A stretch of DNA of 64,000 nt from Vicugna vicugna (taxonomy: Eukaryota): the NCBI GenBank assembly GCA_013265495.1, contig MU057930.1, positions 505,599 to 569,598 on the forward strand, given 5' to 3'. Positions 13,268-26,306 of the stretch are shown piece after piece. The stretch's first letter is position 1; each line of letters starts with the position of its first letter. Under the pieces are notes generated by a model. That model saw only the letters and a list, made by a program, of their open reading frames with translations, was not told the DNA's origin and ran no database searches. A program made the translations under genes and the position numbers.

Positions 13268-13393
13268 TGGGGAGGGTATAGCTCTAGTGGTAGAGCGCAT
13301 GCCTAGTATGCACCAGGTCCTGGGTTCAATCCCCAGTACCTACATTGAAAATAAATCAATAAATGTAATTATGCCCCCTCAATAAAAAAAAAA
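13268..13393 (+). mobile_element. tRNA-derived SINE (camelid Vic-1-like)
   Basis: GGGGAGGGTATAGCTC..GTGGTAGAGC A box, GGTTCAATCCCC B box, then AT-rich body and poly(A) tail. Confidence 0.85.
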
Positions 13394-13686
13394 ATCTACT
13401 GGTTTGTCACTCTTTTGGTGGGAGGGTGCGGTGGGGGAGCAGGCAAGATCCAGCTGTATGCTCTGCATCAATTTATAAAGGCGAGATTTCCTCGTGTGAG
13501 AAAGGAAACTGGCCCCCTGACACCCCCACGCAGCACACACAGGAAGCAACGTCTGTGCGGATTCACTCCGAACAAGCAGGCATCCTTTTTGCTGCCCGAC
13601 TCCATGCAGAGGGGCGCCCAGCATCCCAAGGCGAGGCGAGCGTGGACCCCAGGGATCGGCGGCGAGGCAGGAGCAACCCCACGTAC

Positions 13687-14587
13687 CTGAAGAGCGCGTC
13701 GATCATTCTCTTGGACGGCAGCCTCCAGAGGATGCGCGGCCAGGGGTCCCCCGAGGCGCTGCAGTCCAGCTGGAGGGTCCCCCCGTACCGGACGTCGGTC
13801 CTCTGCGGGGAGGTGCCGGTGATGCGCGCGTTGGCCGCCGCGCGCTGCACGGTCAGCTGGACGGTCCTGCGCGCCGAGCCCACCAGGTTGGCGGCCACGC
13901 ACTCGTACCGCCCGCTGTCCTTGGGCGCCAGGTTGCGAATGTAGAGCGTCCCGTTGGGGAAGACGAACAGGTTCCCGTTGACGAACTGGGAGGGGCGGAT
14001 CTGCGTGCCATCCCAGAGCACCCAGCGCACGCTGGGCAGCGGCGCGGCCTTGGCGCTGCAGTGGATGTGGATGCTGAGCCCCGGGGGCAGCGAGATGTTC
14101 TCCAGCCGCTCCTGGTGGATGACCGGGGGCAGGGCCGCCACGTGGAGCCGGATGGCCAGGCTGTCCGCCCCGGCTGCGTTGCTGGCCACGCACTTGTACA
14201 CGCCCCTGTCCGCGAAGGACGCCTCTTTGATGGACAGGGTCCGGTTTTCGTGCAGCGTAATCCTGCCCTCCACGGGGGACACGGTCTGCCACACCCTCCT
14301 GTCGGGGAAAATCCAGGAGATCTGGGGAGCTGGGGTCCCCTTAGCCAGACACTCCATGGCAATGGTGTCTCCCAGGTAGACCGTGACATCCTTGTAGTGG
14401 GACGCCAGGATCTGGGGCTGCTGCACCGTCACGGACAGCAGGACCACCATCCTGTCTGCTCCGTGCAAGTTCTTGGCGGTGCACATGTACTGGCCGCGGT
14501 CCTGCACCTGTACGTTGCGGATGACGAAGGTGCCATTCTTCAGGACTTCAAAGCGCTGGACTCTGGTGTGTGGGGTCATGAGAGCTC
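13687..14587 (-). CDS. MXRA5: MXRA5 exon 6 (901 nt): Ig-like C2 domains
   Basis: ORF 13563..14579 has DRGQYMC, DRGVYKC and DSGRYEC Ig motifs. Acceptor TTCCAG|G at 14587, donor CAG|GTACGT at 13687. Confidence 0.96.
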
Positions 14588-15098
14588 CTGGAAGTCAAAA
14601 GCAGGTGCCATTAGGTCCAACACAGATGTGCCCTTTCAAACGGACCGAACGAGGATCATGACTTAAATTAGTCCTCCTCTTCATATCCAAACAACAAAAG
14701 CGAAGACCCATCCCCAATATCTCCGATATTCTTCAATCTTGCACTAACCCCCAAATCAGGGTGCATAACCGTAACCTTCCAGCCAAGGGCAGCCAGTAGG
14801 GGTCTCATGGCCAATCTGGAAGCCGCCATGAGCCCCGGACCTTCCCAAGGTGGCCTCCTGCTTTACTTTAGTTACTGTTCGGCTGCAGGGGTGCCCCAGG
14901 TTGGCAGTCACCATCCGCCTCTGCCCAGCCAGGCTTCTGACAGTTACGATGGGCAGCTCATTCTCGGCCCAGCCTGGCTGAGCTGAGCACCAACTCATGG
15001 TTCTAGATGGTGCCTGGCAGCGTCACTGTTTCCTCCCTCCCTCTACACGGCACATGTTTTATAGCTCATCCTCTTGGAGCTCTGCCACAGGCCGGGTC

Positions 15099-15602
15099 TG
15101 TATTTTTAAAGTGCTTCTGATGCATTGACATCAGGGGTCTTGGTGACCTTGGAGGGACTGCCCTGCCCAGGGCTGGCCAATTTCTGCATATAGCAAACAA
15201 CTCACCTTTCAAATGCAAAACGACCCCTCACTCCAGAGCATCCTCCAGGGGGCTCCCATACTCAGGGCCGCCACCCACCTGTTCTCATCGCCCCAGAGCC
15301 AGGTACCAGACAGGCCCTGCGTCCAGGACCTGCTGAAATTGTCCACACGAGCCCATCCTAAGACTGCTCCCCCGCCTCACCCGTTCCTTTCTGTGGGAAC
15401 CACAATAAAACCTCTTGTCTAGTGTTTCCCTCTTCCTCTGCCTCCTGACTGACCCTGGTGTGTCCCCGTGCAACCCTGTGTGGCGCAGTGTCCCCTCTCC
15501 CCTTGGGGACAGTGAGTGACCAGCTCGCTCTTCAGTGGCAGTCATCTCCTGATCTGTTGGTGTCACCATCCCTAAATAATAATGAATCCTATATTTGAAA
15601 AC
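15099..15602 (+). mobile_element. Solo LTR (ERVL, MER74-like) in intron 5
   Basis: TG start, GGAGGGACTGCCC..CCCAGGGCTGGCCAAT, ACCACAATAAAA poly(A) signal, CTCCTGATCTGTTGG..CCTAAATAATAAT end. Confidence 0.6.
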
Positions 15603-17093
15603 TAGGAGACCCCGAGTTTCAGTCCTCTCTTCCTCTCCCGCACTGCTGGGTTCCTGGCCCCACGCTTCCATCATTGAGCTTGGACAAGCTCCTTTGCTTC
15701 TTCCCGTAATGATTTCCTCTAAGATGGGAGTCCTGCCTTCGCACGGAGCCCTCGGGCCCTGGGAGCTCTCCCCAGCCCCCACCCCAAGGATGACTCATGG
15801 CTTCTACCTCCTAAGTTATCTGCATGCCCCGTGACAAGGCTTTCCACGCTGGATGGGGCCCTCCAGGGGCATCTGCCCAGCCCGCCAGGCCCTAGGGAGA
15901 CAGGCGTTGCCTGATGACAGTATAACCCCCCTGCCCTCGCCGGGACGCAGCAACATCATCCCGCTTCACATCTGAGCCCTCCTGAATGACACGTGACTGT
16001 GGGCACGGGAAGCCACCTGCTGCCTGCCCCTCACCCACAGCATCCCAGCTTCCCACTGACGCACTGCAGGATGCACAGATGCACGACAGCCTGTCTGCTT
16101 CACTGGGGTTGAGCTGGGAGGGGAGGTCCGTGAAAACCTCCCGCTGATTCTGGTGGGGCAGGTTGAGGGCGCTGATTTGGTTTATTGGGTAGAAAAGGCT
16201 CCATAACATGCAGGCACCGTGCAGTTCCAGGGTGACAGACAACAACGCTGGGGTGCACGTGAGGGTAAGTGGTCTGCGCACGCCGTGAGCTGGCTGGCTT
16301 CCAGGGGAGAAGCCAGCAGCAGAGGCAGGTTCCTGACCGAGGACAGGAGTGTGTCTGCATGTCTAGGGAGGGGACGTGGTCCACGGATGCTCTAAAGTGG
16401 CACAAGGCACGGAAGACCCCAAGCGTGAATGCAAATGGGACGTCCCAGTGGAGGAAGGGGCTTTCCCGCAAAGGCACGAGCCCTTTTAGAACGAAAACCC
16501 CATGGCGCCCCCCATCTGCTGCTTCAAGCAAATCCCTTATTCAGTCTTTACGAAAGCATCTGCAGTGGAAAGCTGAGCGGATCCAAGATGGCAGTGACTT
16601 CCCTACGCTCAGCGCCTCTGCTCACCGTCGGAGCACGTCCGAGGTGTGTGAGATAAAGCTGAGCGGGGCAGGTGCAGCCGGAGAGACGGCGCTATCCACG
16701 TCAGTCCTATCCTGGATTGTCTAAATGGCAACTGGGAAGAAAACCAAAACTCCAACCCTCTGAGCAGAATCTGAGCATGAAAGATACAGCCGTGCTGAGA
16801 GAGGAGAAGAGAGGTCCTTTATGCAAGGCGCAGCTCCTCAGCTGTTCCTAAGAGAACTGTTCCCCGTGTCGGTGTATTTTTCCTTTTTTTATGTATTTGT
16901 GGGCGAGGGTGAGCTCTGGGTCCTTCTGCTCTGCCGTCTTGAAGCCACTCCCTCCCATCTCAGCTTTTACTTTCTTCTGTCATCTAGAGTCTGTGTCACC
17001 ATCCATAAAGCAGATGGTCATTTCTACGAAGCCAAGTGCTCTTGGGGCACCAGCCCTGGATGCCAAGTAGGTAGAGGTCACTGCAAAGACCTT

Positions 17094-17480
17094 TGTCATG
17101 GGCTGAATGGTGCCTCCCCCAACTCTACCTCCAAACCCACGTGCTGAAGCCCTGACCCCCAGGACCTCCGAATCTGGCTGGTTTGGAGATGGGGGTCTTT
17201 AAAGACGTGATAGAGGTAAAATGAGGTCCCTAGGGTGGGTCCTGATCCTATAGGAGGGGGGTCCTTATAAAGAAGAGGAGACGAGGACCCAGACACACAC
17301 AGAGGGACGCCCACAGGAGGACACAGGGAGGAGACGGCCGTCCGCACACCAAGGAGAGAGGGCTCAGGAGACACCAGCCCTGCTCACACCTGGCCTCAGA
17401 TCCCAGCCTCCAGGACGGGGATACCAGACATGTCTCTTGTGTAAGGTGCCCAATCTGCGGTGCTTTCTTACGACATTCCA
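17094..17480 (+). mobile_element. MaLR LTR (MLT1-type) in intron 5
   Basis: TGTCATGGGCTGAATGG...GGTAAAATGAGGTC...CCTTATAAAGAAGAGGAGA...CCAGCCTCCAG. Confidence 0.8.
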
Positions 17481-17762
17481 ACTGGATCCCCCCGGGAGAA
17501 GGCAAGAGGCGCCTTTGCGGACCCTTCCTATCCAAAGAACTTCATACGTGTTTCCACGGCTCCGTGAAGATCTCACACCCATTCTGGCTCCTTACTTCCC
17601 GTTTCTCGTAAAGGAATATGTCTGCTGATGGTTTCTCAGACGTCCCTTCTTGTCCCATCTACCTGTCCCTTCCCCAGAGTCTGTGGTTCTACCTGGAGTC
17701 CCAGACTCAAGACATCCCCTCACACAAGCCCTAGTTAAAATGCAGACGTTCAAATCCCCTAC

Positions 17763-20700
17763 CTGTGGAGACCTTGGTCCAGGTAACAAAGGGCTTGGGT
17801 TTCCCCGTCGCCTCGCACGGGAACACAACGTCGCTCTCAGCGATGACGGACACGGTCTGGGGGAACTTGGTGACGATCTGGGGCTTTTCCCCAGGCACCC
17901 AGAACTTGGACGCAGGAAGTCCCCCGGCAGAGAAAAGCTTGGAGCTGCTCTGATGGAAGCTTCTGGAAGGCTGGACGGAAGGCGTCAAGGAAGGGATGGG
18001 GCTCCGGGTAGAGGAGACCAGAGGGACGCTCTGGACGTTGGTCGAGGGCGGCGCCGCGGTCCGGGGAGGATGTAATACCGGAGGTGCTGGGGGACCGAAA
18101 TCCATGTGGGTGACGACGCTCTGAGAATGGATCCTGTTGTAGGGGCCTGGGTTGACCTTCCTCTCTCTCATCGCTGGGGCAGGAGAGGTGGGTGTCTGCG
18201 GCTTCGGAGTGACCCCCAACTGCGGGAAAGAGAGGGTCCTGTTGAAAAAGAAAGGCAACCTTCCGTTGGAGTAGTGGGGAGCTCTCGCACCTGGGGGCTT
18301 GCCAGCAGGGCCCCTCACATCGGGGAGGCTGTTACTGCCGAACAGCTGGGACTTGCCGCTGAGTCGGTCAGCGGCCCGGTCTGCTGACGCACTGGGAAGG
18401 CCGGGTTTGGACCCGGGCAGCGGAACCACAGGAGCTGTCGTGCCTGACCATCTTGCCGTCGTGACGTGCCTGTGCTCCGGCTGAGCCCTCGACGGAGACG
18501 CGGCGGCTTCCGGGCTGCTGGTCAGGTGCCAAGGGGCCTGGGAAGTCCCAAAGTGTCTCAGGGAGCTTTGTGTGGCCGCAGGCGGTGGTGGCCTCACCGT
18601 CCCTCTCGGAGGGAGCACCCCGTCGGGGACTCTGGCTGGTGGCTGGAACACTTGCACGCTCCCGTCTGGGCCGCGTGGTGGAAGAACGTTCTTGGTTCTA
18701 CCGTCAAACGCCTCCTTTCCTAACTCCTGCTTTGGAGTGAAGTTCGGTTTGTCCCGGCTGGAAAATTCATGTGGCCTCGACGTACGCGGTGTTCCTTCAG
18801 TAGGCACGGACGGCGTGCGGGCTCCTGGGACCCCCACACGGTTAGAGGAGGCGCTGTCTTTGGAAGCTCTTGATGTCGGCGACGGTCTCGGAGTGAGAGG
18901 CGTGGGCTTCGTGCTGGTTTGTGCCAAAGACACGGGGGTTGTGGGTGGGACGCTGGGGGATGCCAGCTGCTCCGTTGGGGACGGTGGGGACACGTGACTC
19001 TGGGGTCGAATTTCAGACTGGGTCACGGCTGCAGTGGTTGCGGGATGGCCCTCCGCCCTGAGGGCGGTCTCTGCCTGGTTTGAAGACGCCTCTACTTTCA
19101 CGCTTGGGGGAGGCGTTGAAGTGGTGACGTCTTCCTGCGGCAACAGCGCAGAGGTGGCGGCCAAAGGTGAAAACTCAGCACGAGAATCTACGTCCTGCAG
19201 CTCTTTTAAAAGGGGCGAGTCCGTAAGAGTGTTTGAAGAGCTGGCGACGGTTGGGTCTGTCCGCAGCCTGTCAGGCCGGGCCGACGTGGCGGGGCGGCAG
19301 CTCGCGTTCCCTTCAAAGCCCAAAGGGCAGGATTCTGCCTTAAATCCTCCCACCGTGGAGACCTCGGCCCCAGAAGGGGACGCCACGTCCGTGACGGACT
19401 CGCCGGGGACGAGCCTGTCAGTTTCGTAGCCACGGACGGTTGTGACCTCATAGTTCTTCATTTCCCTTCCGTCTGATACAGGAATTGTCCCTTGCAATTT
19501 ATCATGAGATAAATTTACTTTCGTGGTGGCTGTCCTATAATCTTCCACTCCGCTCATCTCACGTGGGCCCCCCGTTGGGAGAGAGATGGCTGTCGATGAG
19601 GGGACAACTTCTGACCTGGGGGTGACGACGTGTTTGTGTCTGTCTTCTGGGGCAGGGCTGGGCTTGGACGCAGAAGCTGGAGGGCCGTCCGTGGACGCGG
19701 GGAGCCGATGTTTGTTCGGCCTCTTGCCGTGCTTCCGGCGTGGGTGCGTCCCCTTGGATGCGGGTTCTGCGTGCTTCTGCGCATCCAGTTGTTTTGCTGT
19801 TCCAGCCGTGCTGCCAGCCGCGGTCGCGGGAACCGGCAAACTGACCGCTGGGTTTGGAGCCTGCATTTCGGGTACGCGCGTCGCTGGTGGAGCAGAAAAG
19901 GTCTCCCCCGGGGCGAGCGTCGTGGGCAGGCCTTGTCTGGGCCGCTGCCGGAACCTGTGGGGGCGGAGTCGTCTCCTGCCGTTGGGCCTCTTTCGAGAAG
20001 CGTGAGTGGTCAGGGCCGGCGGCGAAGTGGCCGTTTGGGCCGGCATCGGCATCGTTGCTACCGTGGTGGCGTCCGCGTCCCACAGAGGGCCACGCGTGGT
20101 TCCCCTGGGACGCTGGAAGGGAGCGACGGTGTCCGTCACTTCCAGCGCAGGGTCAAGTGGAGGGGAAGGCTCAGCACCTGGCCTCCTGCTCTCAGGACTT
20201 CTGGAGTCCACGGCGTCTCCCTTGTGCAGATCCCCTCCCGGCCGTGTCTGAGATCCCCCCTCTCTGTCCTTTTCCATCAGCGGGTGGCCCTGAGGGCTCG
20301 AACCGTTTTCCAGAAGCTGCGGGTCATCTGTCTGCTCCTGTAGCTGCGCTTCTGCTGGGACACCTGGCTCTGCTAAAGTGGGGTTTTCGAGTGGCTCGGA
20401 CGTCCTGGAGTCAGCGACCCCCGGGGCGGGGGCTGCAGTCACGTCTGTAGCGGTCAGGTCGTTCACCTTAGCTCCACCTGGTACTGAATTCGTCTCCAGA
20501 TCTGGGTAAAAGCTGAGCACCGTTTCAGACTCAGCCAAGGAGGTGGCGTCCAGGGGAGACTCATACTCCTTGGACGTACGCCCCGGCTCGGCTCCAGCGC
20601 CTCGTGCAGACCAGCGCCCCGTGGCTACGTTGCCAGTGGTGGGCTCTCCGCGGACCACGCCCAGGCTCGGCCGAGTAGCAGAGGACTGGTAAGCCGTTGT

Positions 20701-22733
20701 GCTTGCGGCCCACTTCAAGTCAGCTTCAGTGGGGGCCGCAGCCTTGGTCTTTGCAGAAAACTCGTCGTCGGTAAGTCCTTCCGGGCGCGTGCTTGTCACG
20801 TGGGGCTCAGCGGGGACTGCCCCGTCGTGGCCGTGCTCGACTGGAGCCTTCTTGGTGGAGGAAACAGCGCTAGACGCCTGCTCTTCCTCCCCAAAGAAAG
20901 GTGCATCTCCTGAGGATTCTTCAACGCTGGTCGCGGTCCGCACAGGAGATGCTGACGGGGGACGCACGGCGGGCGAAAGGGACGTCACCTGTTGACTCAC
21001 CGCTGGAAGGGTGGTGCTCTTCACGACCGGGGGTACTTCTGTGCCCTTAGGCGGGTTTCTCCCGCGTACTCTGGCTAAAATGTCTGCCCAGTGCTCCGGG
21101 TTAATCTGTTTGTTGGCCACGTTTATTCTCCGTCTGGCCTCAAACGCCCTGCGACCTTCAGCGACGTTTGTCTCCGGCTCCTTTTCAGAATTCTTCCAGG
21201 GTTTCAGTTTCCTTCGCCCCTTCTTGGCTTTCTGATCTGCGGGGATACCTCCGTCGTCTTTTGTTTTGAGGAACATCTCTTGGTCCTTCGGGTGCAGCTG
21301 CGCCGTCCTGGACACGCTGTCTCCGTCTGCCATGCCGGATCCCCCTTCGTCCTCCACGACGTCTCCCCTTCCCCTGGGAAGAGTCTTCCCGCCTGGGCGC
21401 CTGCCTCTTTTGGATGACCTGCCAGATCCTTTCCTGTGGACTGTGACCCCTACGGTAAAATGGTCCGCCCCTTGCTGGTTGACCGCCACGCACATGTAGT
21501 AACCGCTGTCGCTGCCTTGGACCTTTGGGATGGAAAGGGTTCCGTCTGCCAACATGTACGCGTGGGACGTGTTAGCCATATCGTTAACTATCCTTCTGTT
21601 TGGGAGGATCCAGCTAATCTGGGCTTCGGGTATGGCCAGCGCACGGCAAGGCAGCATCACCGACTCCCCTGGGTCCTTCTGAACGGTCACCGTATGTCCA
21701 TCGGGGGGCGGCGCGGCAGGCGTCTGCACGAGGACCCTGTGCACCACTCGATCCGTTTCACCCCTCACCCGAGCGATGCACTGGTACAGGCCGGCGTCCG
21801 ACTGCTCCGTGGACTTGATCTTCAGCCAGCCGCTGGTGAGGATGGAGAACCTGCCGTGCTCATCCTCCACCGGAGCTTTCAGGATGGAGCCATCCGGGAA
21901 CACCCAGAAGATGGACGGGCTCTCGGAAGCCTTCACGTTGCAGCTCAGCTGGCACGGGCTCCCTTCCAAGACCGTCTGGGCCCTCTGCACCGCTCTGCCA
22001 GGCTCGATCATCACCCAGCTCCTGCTCCGCGCCTGCCGCGCATCTTTGGCAGACACGGTGAGGGCGTGCTGAGACGAATAGGAGAGCAGCACCGTTTTGG
22101 CCGTGCTCTGACGCCGGTTGAGCTGGATGTGGATGGACGGCTGCATGACCCACTCTGGCTCCGTAAGGACGTGGGCTCTGACGCCCGTGTAGTAGAGCGT
22201 GTCGTCGTCCGCATCCTGCCTGTACTGGTAGCCGAGTCGGGGGTCACTCCCGAGCGCGAGTTCTCGGTGTAGCTTGACAGGAACCTCGCTGTAGTAGGCG
22301 ATCAGCTTCCACAGCTTCTCGTACGTTTCCCGAGTCATCGGACACTCAAAGTCCAAGGCGACGGTTGCATTTATATCCAGCTCCTGAGTGTCCGTTTGGT
22401 TCAAGTGTATTTTGTACAAGTCCATCGGCTTCTTGATGTCACAGGCCAAGCTCACCGTGTTCCCGTGTTCGTCGCTCATATTCAGAGAGACGTTCCACCG
22501 GGGATACTGGAAGTCCTCCAATGGGAACTGGCTGTCACCGTCCTCCTCTGCATCCTGCTCTTCCTCGCTACCCCTGCTCCTGTTCTGCCTCAGAGGGGAC
22601 TCTATGGACGGCTTCTGACACGTGACGTCCTTCAGATTCTGAATCTCCTGTTTGTGCAGCTTCTCGGGGCTGGAGCACGCGGAGCACAACTGACCCCCTT
22701 CGTAAGCTTTGTCCTTCTTACACTTCAGAATGC
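17763..22733 (-). CDS. MXRA5: MXRA5 exon 5 (4971 nt): end of LRRCT, Ig domains 1-2, long low-complexity linker, start of Ig 3
   Basis: Inside ORF 17731..22887: ILKCKKDKAYEGGQLC..., WKLIAYYSEVPVKL, DAGLYQC, DSGYYMC, ...KPFVTWTKVST. Acceptor TTTCAG|G at 22733, donor CAG|GTAGGG at 17763. Length is a multiple of 3 (phase 1-1). Confidence 0.96.
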
Positions 22734-23010
22734 CTGAAACACATAATCGAACACACACCCTGTAAGTCAGGGGACCAAAGAACTGGCCAGAGGATAAAGC
22801 CCTCATCTGCAGTTTTGTCACCTGGGAGCGGGGGCTGCATTTCCAGAATGATCTAATGCTTTGCCCACCTTGCCTCTCCGACTCCACCTCGGACTTTCAA
22901 CCCATTTAGCGCAGCGTGTGGGAACTCACCCGGGTTTTGTCACTTCTTGAACGTGAGTAATGAGTACTTTTTTAAAAGGTTTTTTTTTTTTTTCAGCTAC
23001 AAAAGAATCT

Positions 23011-23653
23011 TGCAATCCCAATCCCAGGCATGTATCTGGAGAAAACTGTAATTCGAAAAGATACATGCACCCCAATGTTCATAGCGGCATTATTTATAAA
23101 TATGGAAGTCATGAAAGTAACCTAAATGTCTATCGACAGGTGACTGGATAAAGAGGAAGTGGTGTATATATACAGTGGAATACTACTCAGCCATAAAAAA
23201 GAATGAAATCATGCCATTTTTAACAACATGGATGGGCCTGGAGATGATCATACTAAGTGAACTATGACAGAGAAAGACAAATATCATATGATACCACGTA
23301 TATGTGGAATCTAAAACAAATGACTCAAGTGATCTTATTTACAAAACAGAAAGAGACTCACAGACATAGAAAACAAACTTATGGTCCCCAAAAGGGAAAA
23401 GGAGAGGGGAGGAACAAATTAGAAGTTTGGGATCAGTAGATACAAACTACTTTATATAAAATACATAAACAACAAGGACCTTCTGTCTAGCACAGGGAAC
23501 TATATTCAACATCTTGTAAGAACCTACAAAGCAAAAGAATCTGAGAAAGAATATACGGACAGATAGGTAGATAGATAAATATAACGAATCACTTTGCTGT
23601 ACCCTTAAAATTAACAAAACATTGTAAATAAATTATCCTTCAAAAATTTTTAA
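23011..23653 (+). mobile_element. 5'-truncated LINE-1 3' end in intron 4, antisense to MXRA5
   Basis: L1 hallmarks (GATACATGCACCCCAATGTTCATAGC, GGAATACTACTCAGCCATAAAAAAGAATGAAATCATGCC, GCACAGGGAACTATATTCAA). TSD AAAAGAATCT at 23001-23010 and 23654-23663. Confidence 0.9.
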
Positions 23654-25721
23654 AAAAGAATCTCTATTCACAGATATTATATAATTTACCTTTTCCAAAG
23701 GTCCAGGAGAATCTGCATAAGGAACTGCAACCCATGAAAATATTTCCAGGTTGCAGGACCAAACTTTGGCATGAATCATGTCTACCTTTTATAGTTATTT
23801 TTTTTGCTAGAATTTTTCATTTCAGGCACTGATTACTTTTTTTTTTGGATTCATGTTCCACGCTTGGCTTCTGGGACATCAAATCCTCCAGAATTTTCTC
23901 CTTCTCCGGCCAACACATTAGGGATGAAGTGTTCCTTGATTTGGTGTAAGCGCTTCCCACTTCTTGCTCTGCACTCACCGTAGACAGCCTCGCCCACGTG
24001 CATGGATTCAATTACCATCCACCCGCCCCTGATGAGTTCCACATGTGCGTCTGCCGTCCAAACACATCCTCCTGAGCCCCACACCCAACGCCCTACTTGA
24101 CATGTCTATTTGAATGGTAAAGAGGCCCCTGAAACGGACATTTGTAGAGCCATCTTATGTTTTTTTTCCTGCTGGATGTCTCATGGCTTTTCTGTATTAG
24201 TCACTGCTGCCCTCATCTCTCCTATGGGGAGAGTAGAAGATGAAGATTTTTTTTTTTTTTGGACAGTCTTCATGGTATCTGCCTACTTGTTTAATCTAAT
24301 CCCACTGGGAACAAACCAGCCAACATCCCATCATCTATGACTCGGAGTATTATAAACCTTCTAGCTGGTGTCACTCTATTTACTCTGCGCCACTGAACAT
24401 GGTTCTCCATGCATTGTTCAAAGCAAAAACCCCCAACTTGCAAATATGATGGTTTCACATACCTCCCCCAACACAGACACACACACACACACACACAAAT
24501 ATGATACACACAAATATAATACACACCGCACATACACACAGAGGAAACACACAAACATATAGAGACATACATGCACATACACACACACAAAGGCACACGC
24601 GTGAATCTCCAGAATGACTATGTCTCGCTGACTGAAAAAGCTTCACGATTCCATTTCCGTACTGTAGCGTTTCTGCTGGGAAATGAGTCTCCCAAAGGAT
24701 TTTCAGCACTCCCCACCCTTCTCCATGCCCAGACCTGCGGAGGTTCAAGCACTGATCTATGAGTGGAAGTGACATGTGACATTTCTGGTTGAGACTATGA
24801 AGCAGTGCGTATGTTACTGTCTTTCCCCATTGCTTGCCTGGCTGAGCAAACCTGATACCAGATTTGTAGTGGAGTGACAGAGGACAGAAAGGAGAGCAGT
24901 GCAGATGGAACTGGGTGAATACACAGGACAGTGGGGCCAGCCCCTTGCCAGGAGCATGGGGAGTGGGTGGAAACCAGTGAAAAACCAGTGAAAAATGTGT
25001 TCTGACCACTGCAGGCGTTGATTCAAGGGGAACGTGATCCATCAACATCGCAGTAAAACCCGCTCAGAATGCTCCACGCGCCTCCTTAGACACCTGAGAA
25101 AGGAGGCAGCCCCAGGCTGGTGGCGGTGGGGACGGAAATGGACAGAGACCCAGAGATGGCAAACCCAACGGGCTCTGAGGACGGGTTCCCATGTGGGGCT
25201 TGGAGAAGGGGTTGGGAAAGAGAATCTTTACTTTGATTCAAAATCCACTCTCTTGCAACGTCTACATGTCAATCCTGGTTTCTGTGGTTGTCCTCTGGAT
25301 CAATACAGAACACCTGTCTTCCCCCATAATAAGATCATAATCTCACAGCCACCCCCAGCCTTCTCTTTTCCAAGCATTGTTGAGTACTTCCCATAGGACG
25401 TGGATGCATAGAAAAATCTCACCTTTAGCTGTAGCCCACGGTTAAAAATAATGTTCCAGACACCCATTCTATGCCAACCATGGTCAACGGTCTATGGTTG
25501 ATTAAATGATGGTTACTCTACGTTTTACTAAACGACACACACGTTTGAATTATGCAATGGGGGGGGTGTCTTGACATTTAAGTTATAACATTTCCTGCCT
25601 CGCTGATTTGGGGATGGGATTTAACCCGACCCAAGATGGAGCAACACCGGCATGCTGGAGAAAGGAATCTTTGCAGAAAGGTAAGGAGAGGGCATCCAGG
25701 AGTCACGATGGCTCTTCTTAC

Positions 25722-26112
25722 CTTTGGACTTCGCATCCCATTCCAGGAACCACCTCATCTCACAGTCACAGGACCACGGATTCCCGTGCAGGTAAAGGTT
25801 CTCCAGCAGTGGCATGTTCTGGAGCATGCCGGCGGGGAGGGTTCTAATCCTGTTCTCCGCCAAGTAGAGGTGTCTGATGGTGGAGAGTCTGAAATAATCC
25901 AGAAAGGAGAACGTGGAGAACGTGGCGGGGTGGAGCTGGTGGAGCATGTTCCCCTCCAGGTGGAGGAGCCGTAGGGACGTTAAGCCGCTGAAAGCTTGCG
26001 GGTGGATGAACTCGATCTTGTTGTGGTCGACGTGGAGCCTCATTAAATTCCAGAGGCCCTGCAGGGTCTGCCCCGTGATCACTCGAAGCTTATTGTAGCT
26101 GAACTTGAAGAC
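25722..26112 (-). CDS. MXRA5: MXRA5 exon 4 (391 nt): LRRs and start of LRR C-terminal cap
   Basis: VFKFSYNKLRVITGQTLQGL...LYLHGNPWSCDCEMRWF (LxxLxLxxN repeats, NPWxCDC). Acceptor TTTGCAG|G at 26112, donor AAG|GTAAGA at 25722. Confidence 0.96.
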
Positions 26113-26306
26113 CTGCAAAGACAGGGAGGGCGGAAAATCCTGCTTACAATTAAAAAACAGAAACAAAAACAAAACCAGAACAAAGGGCAGGAAACAAATG
26201 ACATTAAGCTCGTTGTTTTTTTTTTTTTTTTAATGCTGTTTCATTCATTCCCTTCTTCGTGGTCCTACAGGCTGCAATCAATGTCACTCATAACGCCTGG
26301 GCTTAC

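Noticed and set aside
13268..13345. tRNA-like sequences here and at ~39660 and ~61932
   Set aside because: These are SINE heads: mutated stems followed by a SINE body, A tail and TSD-like flanks.
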